DNA of 33,206 nucleotides from Perkinsus olseni (Eukaryota): NCBI GenBank assembly GCA_013115125.1, contig JABANN010000390.1, positions 1 to 33,206 of the forward strand, read 5' to 3'. Shown piece by piece: positions 9,962 to 20,649 of this stretch (position 1 is its first letter; each line of letters starts with the position of its first letter). The notes under the pieces were generated by a model. It saw only the letters and a program-made list of their open reading frames with translations, ran no database searches and was not told where the DNA came from. The position numbers and the translations under genes were made by a program.

Positions 9962-12900
9962 TTATAGATCGTGACTTGCGTTGCTGGATTCGTTGAAGCT
10001 GCTGAGACGTCTGTGATAGATTCTGTCGGGGAGATACCCTCGGGGCTTCACCACAGACGACTTGTCCGACATTATAGCCGACACCGTATCCTGAAGGGAG
10101 GCGCAGAGTTGATGTCAGGGAGGAGGAGGAGGAGGAGGAGGAGGAGGAGGTGTACTGACCTCTCCTGTCGGGGCATGCTCTATGAAGTTATCAACCCAAT
10201 CCTTGCGAGTCCACTTCGGTGGAAGCTTGCAACCGGGAACCTGATAACGACAATGGGGGAATTTCGTGGCGCAGCGGTCATACCTGTTCCCTCAGCCAGT
10301 CGGCCAAGGCCTCGTCCTCTTCGTATGACTGAAGCACCTTCACTGACAACGCTTGACCAACGGGGATGCGTCGACGGAGAGATGAGCACATCTGCTGAGC
10401 CTGGACGGAGTCCAGCTCAGAAAACGCTGTCGTTGTGGGGATATGGTTCTGAGGAACACGGCAAGCGATGGATATTTATTCTAGGTGGAGAAAGCTTATC
10501 AGTTTCCGTCGCAAAACTGATTCCGTTAATCGTAGACTGTTGCGCTAACACACGCAGTTCGAGTCACCTTTATCATTCGGCAATTGAAGACACCGCGCTC
10601 AAGGACATCACAATAGTCATCAATGAGAACGGGAGTGTTAAGCTAGGGAAATCAAGCGGGGGAATCAGAAAGTCACTTGCGCGGCGGCCCTCAATTTCAT
10701 ATTTGAAAAACTCAACTTCGCCAGCGGGAACATCATTCTCGGAAATAGGAGCACAGAAACTAGACGGACGTTTTTCGTCCCCCTTGGACGAGCCTGAACC
10801 CAATCCCTTCGCAACGGAGTCTCATCCAGAGCGGGCATCGCTCACTCAAAGGTCGACCAAAAAACACCGTCTTCAAGCCTGCTAGTATATCACAAAAAAT
10901 TAATTTCTGTACCACACGCGCACCATTCAGACGTCCGTGACACTATCAGTGCTCATCCAAAAAACGCCCGACAAACTTCCCTAAATGGCATCTATATAAC
11001 TATCTCAGCATCATACTCATGAAATTGAATTCGGTGAGTACATAATAACAAAATAACCATGAGAAGAGAAAATAGGAAGATGAAATCGCAATACATTTAT
11101 CCCAAAACCAGCAGCATACGATGGCAGATGTCGTATAAAACGTGAAGATGAATCCCCCCTCACCTCCATGCGGGACTCGGAAATATGCCTCAACGCGCAA
11201 TTCCTGAGGAGCCTTTTCCAGCGGCCACGTCTGAAACCGTTAATAAAGCGGCTAAGGACGTAGAAGTAGAGGAGGGTCGACACTGGTACGAAGTAGAGGA
11301 CAATGCAGGCGCCGATGAGGACCTGACCGGCAGTGGTTGAAGAATCACAGAACAGCATGGCTCTGATGCAAAACAATGCATCCAATTTTCAATCATTCCC
11401 TTACCTTTTATAATGAGATAAATAGGGAAAAGTGTGGTATCAGTAAAAACATGACAATATTACTACGATATACTATGGAGAACGAGAGCCCAATCCGGCC
11501 GCTGTGGGAGACAACAAGATGCATCCAGTTCCGGTCTTCTAGATTTTGGCGGAGCGATGCCGATAGGCGTATAAATTGCACGCCTCAAAATAAATATACG
11601 ACACCAATTTCAGATACAAATCCGCTTAGTAAACAAAAATGCGTTTTTTCATCGATTTTTCCGATTTTCCGATTTTCCTAACAAAAATGCGCGCTCCTCA
11701 GCTGTCCGAACGAACCTGCAGGATCGAAGAAAAACGGCTGAAGGCGGCCACCGCCTGGAAGCGTACGAGAAAGCTAGGCTCGTGATTTCACGGCCACCGA
11801 CCTAGATCATATAGCGGTTTGACGACATTTCCAAAAGTGAATATTACGATATCGAGTCTTTTTTTACTAATTAACATATCCTGACGCCCATGCATATCAT
11901 AAATTATACTTATTTTTATATAAGCGTCCAACGTACGGTATGAAAGTCCTCAGGAGGAGACCTCAATAGCTCCCACCAACATTGCGCCACAATACTGAGA
12001 ACGTGATCACCACATCGGTCTATATACCCACACAAAACAGCACTTCAAATGATATGCATTCATCCCCTCAGAAATTTATTATCATTTTCCTCTCTAAGCA
12101 TAATTTTTATCAAAATTTCGTAGTGTCTTGCTATCGGTTGAGCTTACTATAGCCATAGTATGAGTGAGGCCTTTGTCTCGCCAGCAGAAGAGGGACACCG
12201 CCCTTTCGATATCCTCACAAAACTCCGCGATTTCGACCTGGGCCTTCCACGCCACTTCTCGGAAGTCTTTCCACATTCGTCCAACTCCACCGATCAAACT
12301 GATCGAAAATAATCATCAGGAATCGAGCATGCGTAATGCAGGAAAGAAAGTATCTTAGATTTGCTCTAACCTCTGCCTGAACATAATAAAGGGGATAATA
12401 GAAATATAACAATATCAATTGAAATGGCATAGTACCAATAACTAAGTATTATTAATCATCACGTTTAATCCTTGCAATATTATTTATCATTATGCTACTT
12501 TCAGAGCTTCAACTCATCTCTCTTGAAACAAGATACGCCGGTGGTACTAGCCCGACTGAGCCGGTTTTCGACGTTGGACTTGGAACTCACACACACGATG
12601 CGCAGATTGACAAGTAGAGGTCGATGAGCGCTTCACCTCGGCTGAGACTCTTCAGTGGCCATGTCGTACAGATCGTAGTCGAATGAAGCCGGGGGAGGGC
12701 TGCTGGTATCCAAGCTTGATCTCGGACCTGCACGAGGGGCAACAGGGAAAATCATCGTCCGGAAAAGGCGTATCTTAGGTCGAAGCTGGGTTGAGACACA
12801 CAAGAAAGATTCTCCTACCATATCCAAACAGCTTGCGCATGTACGATGAGTCATCCTTCCTCGCCGAGGACGGTTCTCCAGGAGAAGGCAGCCCAGGCGT

Positions 12901-15900
12901 AGACGGTTCTGGCGGCGTTTCCGAGGACACCAGCGAGGCCGGGTCTGCCGAGGTCGCTATCGTTGGCAGCCATCTCCGCCGACGTACAAAATCATACCTA
13001 CCCCAACCTCTTGCGACGCAGCAGTCTTCATCGCGACTCGCGATTCGCGAGAAGGCCTACCGACTGTAAGTGGACTTCCAGGCGGAGGAGCCCCATCGCC
13101 AGGCGTATCTCCAACCATTATCATCGGTACCACCGGGACCGGGCACAACATCGATGCGCCAAGTAATCTGATATCAAGAGGACCGCCATAAGCTGCTCGG
13201 TCGAGGGAGAGTTGGGTCAGCGGTGAATTCCGAGCTTATATTACGATCGTTCGTTCAGAGTGGAGACTAATCAGATATGGCAATGCGACAGTGCCACTAG
13301 GAATCCCACCAGGCGCTCTGATACCAGGAGAATTATCAAAGAGCTGCGCGTGGATGGCAGGAGGCGAGAGGACGCTACCAGTCGAGAAAGAGAGACCTTG
13401 AGCAAGCCCAAATTACGACCTTCCCTGCAAAGCTAAAGTAACCCGAATAATGTGTAATCTATGAGACAATAAAGGAGTGTTCCTCAAAAACCCCTCATAC
13501 CAGCCAAGGTCCACTCACATTAGAGCTTGAGGTCGGTGGATCGAGAGTGATCTTCCCCGTCACGTTGCTCCAGCGAGGTCGATCCATCACCAACAGATTC
13601 ACCGGAGAGAACGTCTTCCCTCCGAACAGTCGCCTCTGGTTCTCCCAGATCTCAGAAACGTAACTGTGCGCAGTTCCTGCCCAGGCCCCCGTCGAGGCTG
13701 TCGTGGCCTTACTCGGTGTCCTCGACGCCCTCGGCCTGCTCCAACTCGGGGATGAGCAACGGCGTGAGTTCAATCTGCTGGACATCCTTCGACGCTGATG
13801 CTCTCAGAAAGGACAACGGTCTGAGAAGAATTGATACCCGGGTTCGATCCCTGGTCACGGTATTTTTACCTCACTTCAGACAACCGTTGCTTCACGTACT
13901 CCGCGTTGATATCGAAGGAGCGCGTCAAGGACCGAGACAGACCAGAACGGACGGCCGGGTTGCAGTAAATGCAGTAACTGTCGCTCAGAATAAAACCACC
14001 GCAGATCCGAATCACAGTCCACATAACAGCACCGTGTGATCACTATCTTCAGCATACCATTAAGAAGCGCGCATTTTTTCTGAGGCAAGTCCGGAAAACT
14101 ATGATTTTTTCCTTCACGAAGACATTTGAGTCTGAAATTGGGGTGGTACACACATTTTGAAGCGTGGGATTTATTGATATATTGAACAACCGTTTCCCCG
14201 ACCGTTTCAGCGCTGCAATTTCCCCCCTCCGAAGCTTGCATTTTTCTAAGGCAAATCTCCTGTTGTACGCCCTCACTGGTGATAGAAAATACTAGCGGAA
14301 AAATGCTCGTTATTAACTCTCTTCATCTAGAGTACTCACACTCACTACCCTTCATCAGCTTTATTCCGTTCCCTATGAGCCCAACCTACGCTACGCTCTA
14401 CTCGACATTCCCTACAACGATATTGACTGTCCAACGGAACGGCCCCCTTACAGTGTGAGATGCACGCAAAGTAGCCAATGACAGCGCTGAGGGAAGACCA
14501 CCAGAAGCAGCGTACAATAGACTAGCCAGGCTGAGGACCTGAGGAGACGATCGAGATGAGTCTGAGAAGATCGCTCCTGGCCACCTGAAAGTCCATCGCC
14601 ATTCGACAACGTCGTTGTATTTGGCCTTGACCATTTGGAAGAGATCGACGAGCTTGACGAAGCGGGAGATCTGCGTCTTGAAATATTCAAACTCCAGTCG
14701 CCTGGTCGCCTGCTGTGATTCCGACAAAGGCGAGAAGTACCTGAGGAGCGTATCCAAGGTTGATGCTGGCTCGACACAGAATTCCATCACCACCAACTCA
14801 CTCGGCCAAGCCACCAGTGAGGCGAGGCACCACCTTCAACGCCGTGACGTAATGGGAGGGGGGCCTGTGGTCAGCGGCGGTTGGCTGCTTGCTACCCGGC
14901 GCCACAACGGCACACCATCTGAAGGAGAGGCGATTCCTACTGATACTCCCACAAGATTATAATAGTAACGAGGGACATGAGTATGATAACGATACATCTC
15001 AACAGCCTTGATAGTAGATCGGCAACTATCAGTATTACAATGGAGTTTCACCCGTAGAACGTGAAGTGGCGTTTTTCACGTACCAAAAAACGCGAAAATC
15101 GCAATGTGAAATGAATTCAAATCACTTCGCGAAGTACACATCGCCGTGAAGACCATTTCGCGAAAAATTTAATCGCGAATTACAATAAATAATTTTCAAT
15201 ATCTTTTTGTCTAATCATAATTAATAATAACATAACTCACAGTGGGCCTTCACCCACCTCGCTCCGCCAAGCTGATCGTCCGAGTCCCGCGTCCACGGTA
15301 GATTCCTGCGCATATCGTACTTCATTATTGCAGTCTCGCCGATGAGGTAGCCCGTCTCGGGATGGAAAACGTAGAGTATCTGTGGACAGGAAAATTTCCG
15401 ACAGAAAAGAATTTTTTTGATATATGAAAATACGGGAAACAGGGCAGCCGTGCGCAACTGCCTCGCTTTGACGGATACTCGCTAGCGAGTTTTATAGAAA
15501 GCAATAATCGATCTACCGTTTCATCCAACCGAGGGTTAGTCGGTAAATATGGATGATGATCCACACGCCAGAGTGTGAGGACCCTACCAGTCTGTCCCGA
15601 GGCTTGCGCTGGTATAAGGGTATCTCGACTGGCGGATCTAGTGTCGGCTCGACCTGTCCATGACGAGCATGCTTCGACCTTGGATACTCGACAATGCTCA
15701 CCTCAGAGTACGTGCCTTCGAGCCTGTCACTGGTTGGGGACAGCTGCTCCTCGCCGGGGACGACCGAAATCTCCGAGCACCGACGCCGTCTCAAGTAAGA
15801 AAGATCATCAGCGGTGGACTCTGAAGAACGACACCACCCGAGTTGAGCTGGAATCTGTCACGAGCAAGCTTCGACCTAAGATACTCGGGGACTCCAGCGT

Positions 15901-17192
15901 GGTCGGCTCCGCGTCCAAGTGGTAGTCAATGACGGGAATCCGAGCTGAACAGAAAAATTCCGAATCAGCGATCGCAGGCGGCAGCGGTACTTAGTGTTGA
16001 CTCCAACTCAGCGAAGACGACCGGAGGCAGTAAACAGGCTGGCCGAGCCGTTGATACTAGATAGTCGACCACTCGGACGCTGGCCCTCATCAAAGGCCGA
16101 TCCCACGGCGGTAGGGGTGGCGGCGGACCTGACAAGCCAGGTTGCGATCACAGTAGCAACGCCAAGGACTCACCCGTCGGCCTTTCCTCAGAGACTGATT
16201 CGTCGTTGCTGATGAGAAAACAGAATACAATAGAACCGTCACGGTTTTTCGAGGTTAAATTGCCGTGGGGCATCTTTGACCGTTGGACCGCACTTCATCG
16301 AAGAGCCTCAATACGTTCCTAGAGGTTTCTAGAGGTTACACTGCGGTGGGGTAAAGTATCATACTATATCCTAGCGACTATACTTAAGTACATATACTAT
16401 ATACCCATAAACCGAACCTCCCGGCAGTCACGACTAATTCAACTTTTTGGTGTAAATTCCAAATCCTTGACCGTTGGACCTCACTTCTTCTTCTCAGCCT
16501 CCCTCCCCGGTGTCTCCCCCATCCGACTGGCCCTGTCCATCGCCTGGATCCAATCGTTAGCAAAGTCCAAGGTCGGTGCCGCGAAGTAAAGGGATTCTGA
16601 AAAATCCCTGAGTTGCAATTCCCATTCCCCGGAGTCCTTCGAGTATCCAAGGTTGAAGCGAGGTCAAGACGAGTAGTTCTACCATTCAGTTGGCCACCCC
16701 GAACGACCCATATATAGCCAGACTTGGTCGGACACGGTATAACCTTAGAAGCGCAAGGACTGTAGCAGATCGGCTGCGGCGGCGGCAGGAGAGAACCCTC
16801 CCTACCTGGCAGCCGGCTATGTTCCACCATAACGATGCCGAGGACAGATCCAACGGCCGGGCGAGATTGACTGAATGACAATAAAGTGGACGAAGAAAAG
16901 ATTTTTCGCTCAGGTAACTCGTATGAAGGACACAAGGAATCGACAGTCGATGATGAGAGGCACGCCAGTCGCAGCTTGATAACGATCCCTCCATAACAAC
17001 TTCCTCTTATGGAGACCAAAAAGTATCCACTCCTTCACCAGCCCCACTGTTATCACCTTTCCTAAAGCTGTAGACCACGCTGCCGTCCAGCACTATGTAC
17101 CGCTTCTTAAACACTCTGGTCACTCTGCTTCTCTTCTGCAGCCAATTCTGGTAGGGCAGTGGGGGCCTGCCCTCCCTCGCCGCTGTTGGCAT
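9962..17192 (-). CDS. Large multi-exon membrane protein: PH domain, putative C2 region, MCTP/PRT_C (reticulon-like) membrane domain with an inserted DysF (dysferlin/Pex24-type) domain
   Basis: PH: NWLQKRSRVTRVFKKRYIVLDGSVVYSF (~17060-17150) and LYFAAPTLDFANDWIQAM (~16540-16595). MCTP-like: FKTQISRFVKLVDLFQMVKAKYNDVVEWRWTFR|SSAWLVYCTLLLVVFP. DysF: EIWENQRR..FSP..DRPRWSNVTG, WRIDVV..TDDNGWRYAWRW, YDFVRRRRW. PRT_C-like: EDIERAVSLFCWRDKGLTHTMAI|VLIGACIVLYFVP and DNFIEHAPT. Stop TAA at 9962-9964. The start and exons at 15450-16100 are not fully resolved. Confidence 0.8.
10121..10150 (+). repeat. (AGG)10 microsatellite in the last intron of the PH/MCTP/DysF gene
   Basis: Ten perfect AGG units read directly from the sequence. 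Confidence 0.95.
11571..11700 (+). repeat. ~130 bp dispersed intronic repeat, copy 1 (MITE-like relic)
   Basis: cacgcctcaaaataaatatacgacaccaatttcagatacaaat...aaaaatgcgcgctcctca aligns with the reverse complement of 14061-14175 (cacgcttcaaaatgtgtgtaccaccccaatttcagactcaaat...aaaaatgcgcgcttctta). Confidence 0.75.
13838..13867 (+). pseudogene. tRNA 3' fragment (His-like acceptor TCACGGT-A plus T5), antisense at the 5' end of the 49-nt intron 13821-13869
   Basis: CCGGG TTCGATC CCTGG TCACGGT A TTTTT: intact 5-bp T-stem (one G.U), canonical T-loop and a T run. No 5' half was found. Confidence 0.7.
14061..14175 (-). repeat. ~130 bp dispersed intronic repeat, copy 2 (inverted relative to copy 1)
   Basis: See 11571-11700. 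It lies in the long intron at about 13979-14450. Confidence 0.75.
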
Positions 17193-17413
17193 TCTCACAA
17201 ACCACTGTCATACCATCAAGAAGTCTCTCTACCACTTCTCTTTTATCATCCATCAGCCATCACCACCATCATCGCGTGGGATGAACCGCTGCACTCTGAG
17301 GCCTTCCGAAGCCGCTCCCTATCACCCCGTTACACTAACTCAAGGCAGGCAGTGATGACAGTATTTGTTGCACATCCTCAGGATTGGCGATGTCTCGAAG
17401 AAACGAACTACAT

Positions 17414-18700
17414 TCAGTCCAGTTTGCGTCGTCTGTGGACCTTCTGACCACTGACCTCCGGGACGGGCTCAGAGGGAGGGGACGCCGGCTGGCTGGACGA
17501 CGGAAGAATCGCACAGAATAGAACCCAGAAACCTGAGCAACGCAGTGCTACGTTCAAAAGTCAATAGAATTCGGCAAAAATTGGTATGGATCAGCGCACG
17601 CTCAACGAATATGGCACCGCCCCTACCTAGTAAGGAACCTATCCCCGCCATGATGGCTACGATGTTCGCCGTCCGATTGCTGTGGTCCGCGGACTGTATT
17701 ATTCTCTCACACGACTTGGTACGGAAGAGGATACCCGGCTGAGAAACAACAACTGCCTCCCCAGAAGGCATCGACCTGGACGCTGTCCACTCTCCGAAAC
17801 ATCTTTCCGGACAAAAGACAAGATGCACCTTCCCTTGGTACCTTGGCAGCCTGATCAACTCCGCGCTGCCGATCGAAGACCTCAGCGCCGATCCGACCGA
17901 CCAGGTGAGACTGTCGAACCCTGCATACACAACGGCATGAGTTCATAATTCTTTTTACCGCGCGCCACGAAATTAACCCGCCTATGGTAGATTACGTGTT
18001 CAAAACGTCCTGCCGCTTGTCCGCCAGCTGCAAGGCCTCGAACATGCACACTGACCGGGAGCAGTCATTCCTGAAATACAGGTGCGGGAATCGAACCAGG
18101 AACCTCGTGATAGACAGACGCGGTCACAATTCTGTTACACTGTCTGGTTGGTGAACGGGTCGAAAACTGTACAGGATAGGTTCTTAGCCTTCACTGTCGC
18201 ATCAACATTCTTCATTGCCTGAAGCAAAAACCTTCCTCCCAGGAGGCTCACAACAGACACTGCTGGCCAAGCCAGGAGACCGAAGCCCGACGAAGTGAAT
18301 GCTCGACGATAGTGTTCTGGCTGGCCAGCTGATCATGATGCTTCAGTGTCACGTGATACAGAGGTGGTTTCAAAAACCAATTCCGAGAATCGATTCTGAG
18401 TTTCGGAATCGGTTTATTGAAAATGAAAGAATGACTGATACTCGTCCTCGAGACTGCCACCAGCAGGGACGGCTTACCTGCAAAGCTTCGGCCTTGGCAG
18501 GGCCAATCTCATATCGGAAAAGATAATGATAATGAACTCTGAGAAGAGGAGAGGGAATAGTGATCCACCGCAGCCCCCAGGACAACAGCAGCAGCCTACC
18601 TGCTCAGTGCGAGGTCCATGGCAGCAGCACAGATCAACAGCACAATGGAACACCATACCACTTTCAACCAGCTGAAGGACCTACCACAGAGTGAGCACAT
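17414..18700 (-). CDS. Hypothetical membrane protein with N-terminal signal/anchor and C-terminal TM helix (multi-exon)
   Basis: MCSLCGRSFSWLKVVWCSIVLLICAAAMDLALS|RVHYHYLFRYEIG..LQ| ... NIVAIMAGIGSLL|GFWVLFCAILPS..KVHRRRKLD*. GT-AG introns with consistent phases, but the middle exons are less certain. Confidence 0.6.
18074..18144 (-). pseudogene. Near full-length degenerate tRNA-like element inside an intron
   Basis: Minus strand reads GACAGTG TAACAGAATTGTG..GAGGTTCCTGG TTCGATT CCCGCACCTGT A TTT. A-box-like and B-box motifs with imperfect GACAGTG/CACCTGT acceptor pairing. No clean anticodon arm. Confidence 0.55.
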
Positions 18701-18856
18701 ATTATACTGAATTCGGCCTCAATTCTGCTGGCAAGCGTAAGTTTTTCGAATTTGGATTGAAAACGAGCTCTGCACGGGCTCTAGCCCAGAGCCACTCAAT
18801 GGGTGGCCCTCGTCTTAGAGAAATCACGAGCTCGATGAAACTAGTACTATCTGCGA

Positions 18857-19420
18857 TTAGACTGAATCGTAGTTCCTGCTACGCTCGCGCTGCAAAGAGA
18901 CGCCTTGGCGCCGTTGACGGCGGTAATACCAGGGAGGTATCCGCTGATATACCGCGAGTTCCGCCAAAATCTCATAAATCCTTAGGTCCGAACGAACGGA
19001 CCTGCGGTCGAAAATACCGATAAGACCATCAGTAACATGGTATAGATACCCCAGCAGTATAGATACCCAGGAACCATCCACAGACGCCGCACATAGCTTC
19101 TTGAATAACTCACGCACCTCGGAGTTACTCAAGTCAATGACACGTACCGTCCGAACGAAAGTACCGATAAGACCCTCACAAAATCTCACTCCAAGAGAAC
19201 AGAGAACTCAACTCTGAGAATGGTGGAGGCTCAGACAAGGAGGTGGGCTAGTACGCGGAAGGACGTGAGATCCAAGAAGGGTGGGATCTGCATCGACCTC
19301 CCGTTGAGTTAGACCCCACGGGTTCCCCGCTAACATCTGCCGAGTCTCGGCAGCCGTGGGAGTACGAACACGGCTGGACCAAACGATCCCTGCCATGGAG
19401 TCACTCAAGTCCTCAAGCAT
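18857..19420 (-). pseudogene. Two adjacent protein-like ORF fragments, unknown gene or element relic
   Basis: ORFs 19208-19420 and 18857-19189. The second has an internal near-repeat (EGLIGTFVR / DGLIGIFDR). No convincing splice join and no family recognised. Confidence 0.3.
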
Positions 19421-19969
19421 GAGGTTGATGATGTTTTCGGAAGGATGCTACTTTTTAAATACCACTATTCTAACGCAAGGACACGCTTCGATAGCTTGAG
19501 CAATCGTAGTTGATGGTCCTAATAGTAGTAGCTCAAGAAGGAGTAGTGGTCGAGCTAGTCACAATCACAGAATCTATAATAGGCTAATAGCTAGTAGTGC
19601 GACGGTCTCTGTAGCACCACAATAGTACAGATGACCCGAGGTACCAAACACTAGTTAACTAGTCTACCGATCGTCGAAATGTAACCAACATTTATCGTAG
19701 TAGTAGTAGCAGGGTGGTAGTTCAAGGGAAACCGTCAATCGTTTTGGATGCGCTCATCCTGGGCGTTCACTACCGCAGCCTCTAGGCTGCGCATTTAAGG
19801 TATCAGCACTTAAGACCCAGCAGACAATCCCTCGCCGGTAGTGGTTCCTGTTTTAGAATCGACGCAAGATGCAGTCACCGCCCATCTTTCACCGCACGCA
19901 CAGCACTTCTACATGACGAATAAATAACGGTACGTAGTGTAAGTTGCCGTAGTTGTACAAGTAAAATGT

Positions 19970-20557
19970 TTATACACTTCCTTCTTCTGCTATGTATTCT
20001 CCACGAAGAGTGAAGTGACCATCCTGGCCAGGGTGACTACGTCCGGGCCAACGGGACAGCCCCAACTTCACTTCCAACTGACGATATAGACTTGCGGAGG
20101 CGACCGAAGGGTAACCATCCGAGGGTGAGTTTCGCTGAGCTAACCCTGACAACCGCCAGCGTACCTCTCAGGCAGGACTCTTCTACCGACCAAGTGACGG
20201 ATAAAATTTATACATTTAATATGTATCGAGCTTCTATAGACTGCTCGCAGACACGCAGGTGTACATCGGTTCCTGTCAATCGCCGCTTAACGACGAGGAG
20301 GGAAAAATAATACTGCTCAGCATTTCCGAGAAGATCCATGAAGACTTTAATTTACAGACTCGCCGATTTATATCTCGCATTTACCGACTGACGTATAGCC
20401 ATTCTTACTGTATCCTCGGCTCCACCCTGACAGGTTTCGCACCGCCTCTCGGTACTGCTGTTGCTGCTGACTCCGTGACGTGCTTATCATGATCACTCAG
20501 TGTGACGGCTTCAGTAGGGGAACGAGGCGTCTTACGACGGACTGGTACAGCAGCCAT
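19970..20557 (-). CDS. Possible small hypothetical gene
   Basis: ATG at 20557 opens MAAVPVRRKTPRSPTEAV..EPRI, followed by a GTAAGA donor. Downstream exons are ambiguous. Confidence 0.3.
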
Positions 20558-20649
20558 TGCGAAGTGAGGGATAAAAATGACTGTAAAACAGGGAATCCAA
20601 TATCAGGTCTCACTCAACGCTAATTTATATCGGAAACGATTGCGCGCAT

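Noticed and set aside
9971-10885. 304-aa plus-strand ORF with a poly-Arg run
   Set aside because: It is antisense to the last exons and an intron of the PH/MCTP/DysF gene, has a GTG start, and the poly-Arg is just the (AGG)10 microsatellite.
13761-13867. Complete, split or permuted tRNA-His gene
   Set aside because: There is no proper 5' half with D-arm and anticodon arm. The upstream sequence is a coding exon on the other strand.
14585-14830. Resemblance to the CEP104 N-terminal domain (GW..WPSE..RFVKL..KYN)
   Set aside because: Part of the match is intron (14741-14801). The spliced sequence fits an MCTP-type membrane domain better.
16690-16878. RYNLRS motif suggesting a retrotransposon integrase tail
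   Set aside because: It is antisense to PH-domain exons and no RT or integrase motifs are nearby.
17647-17663. 15/17 match to the Perkinsus spliced leader start (ACCGTAGCCATCTTGGC) on the minus strand
   Set aside because: It sits in a predicted TM-coding exon (IVAIMA) and lacks the TCAAG end and SL intron, so it is likely chance.
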